Below are positions 63,867-64,000 of a DNA stretch of 64,000 nt, one piece after another. Position numbers and translations under genes: made by a program. Numbering within the stretch: the stretch's first letter is position 1; each line of letters starts with the position of its first letter. The DNA is taken from the IMG/VR virus record IMGVR_UViG_3300021373_000005; one strand, written 5' to 3'. The notes below the pieces were generated by a model. The model was given only the letters and a program-made list of their open reading frames with translations, did no database searches and was not told the origin of the DNA. The stretch is from a virus.

Positions 63867-63895
63867 ATTATATCAAAGTTAGGAGGTTATGTCAA
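63867..63895 (-). promoter_or_regulatory. Sigma70-like promoter for the glycosylation cluster
   Basis: TTGACA-17-TATAAT. Confidence 0.8.
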
Positions 63896-64000
63896 CTATT
63901 ATGGTGTACCTTGTGAATTACGATAATCATAAAAGTCTTTATTGATTTCGCCGTTCACCAAAGTCTTTCCTGGCTTCCTACATTTGATATAAGTTTGAGT

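Noticed and set aside
1-64000. Stop-codon reassignment (alternative genetic code)
   Set aside because: Conserved genes are full length under the standard code and all three stops terminate genes normally

Overview
A 64-kb, AT-rich (roughly one-third GC by eye) segment of a T4-like myophage genome, most similar in gene content to aquatic/marine T4-like phages of Proteobacteria (host not determinable from this window). Layout: (1) 1-5490 +, head module gp20-(core polyprotein)-gp21-gp22-gp23 with T4 late promoters (TATAAATA) and a cUUCGg terminator; (2) 5490-10170 -, small early genes driven by repeated ACTATTGACA-N17-TATAAT promoters, tRNA-Glu, tRNA-Leu and a ~660-nt ORF-free structured region (ROOL/GOLLD-like large ncRNA candidate); (3) 10346-17986 +, a late-promoter cassette with two small membrane proteins, CsgF, CsgG, two curlin-like repeat proteins, a FecR-domain protein, a CHASE2-adenylate cyclase and a membrane protein; (4) 18000-48500 -, early/middle genes: micro-ORFs, EF-hand, DUF932, HD hydrolase, PhoH, RNase H, glycosyltransferases, dNMP kinase, RuvC-like nuclease, ligase, a 188-nt structured ncRNA candidate, ribosomal bS21, IscU, SHMT, AOX, ALA synthase, Grx-NrdB, NrdA, ThyX, primase; (5) 48500-60560 -, lysis genes and a run of late Glu/Lys-rich proteins with T4-internal-protein-like N-termini, including a RimK-like ATP-grasp/protease fusion and a nucleotidyltransferase polyprotein; (6) 60550-63900 -, a glycosyltransferase/sulfotransferase cluster. 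All calls rest on motif recognition by eye; no database searches or folding computations were run. No CRISPR array, integrase or transposase was seen.
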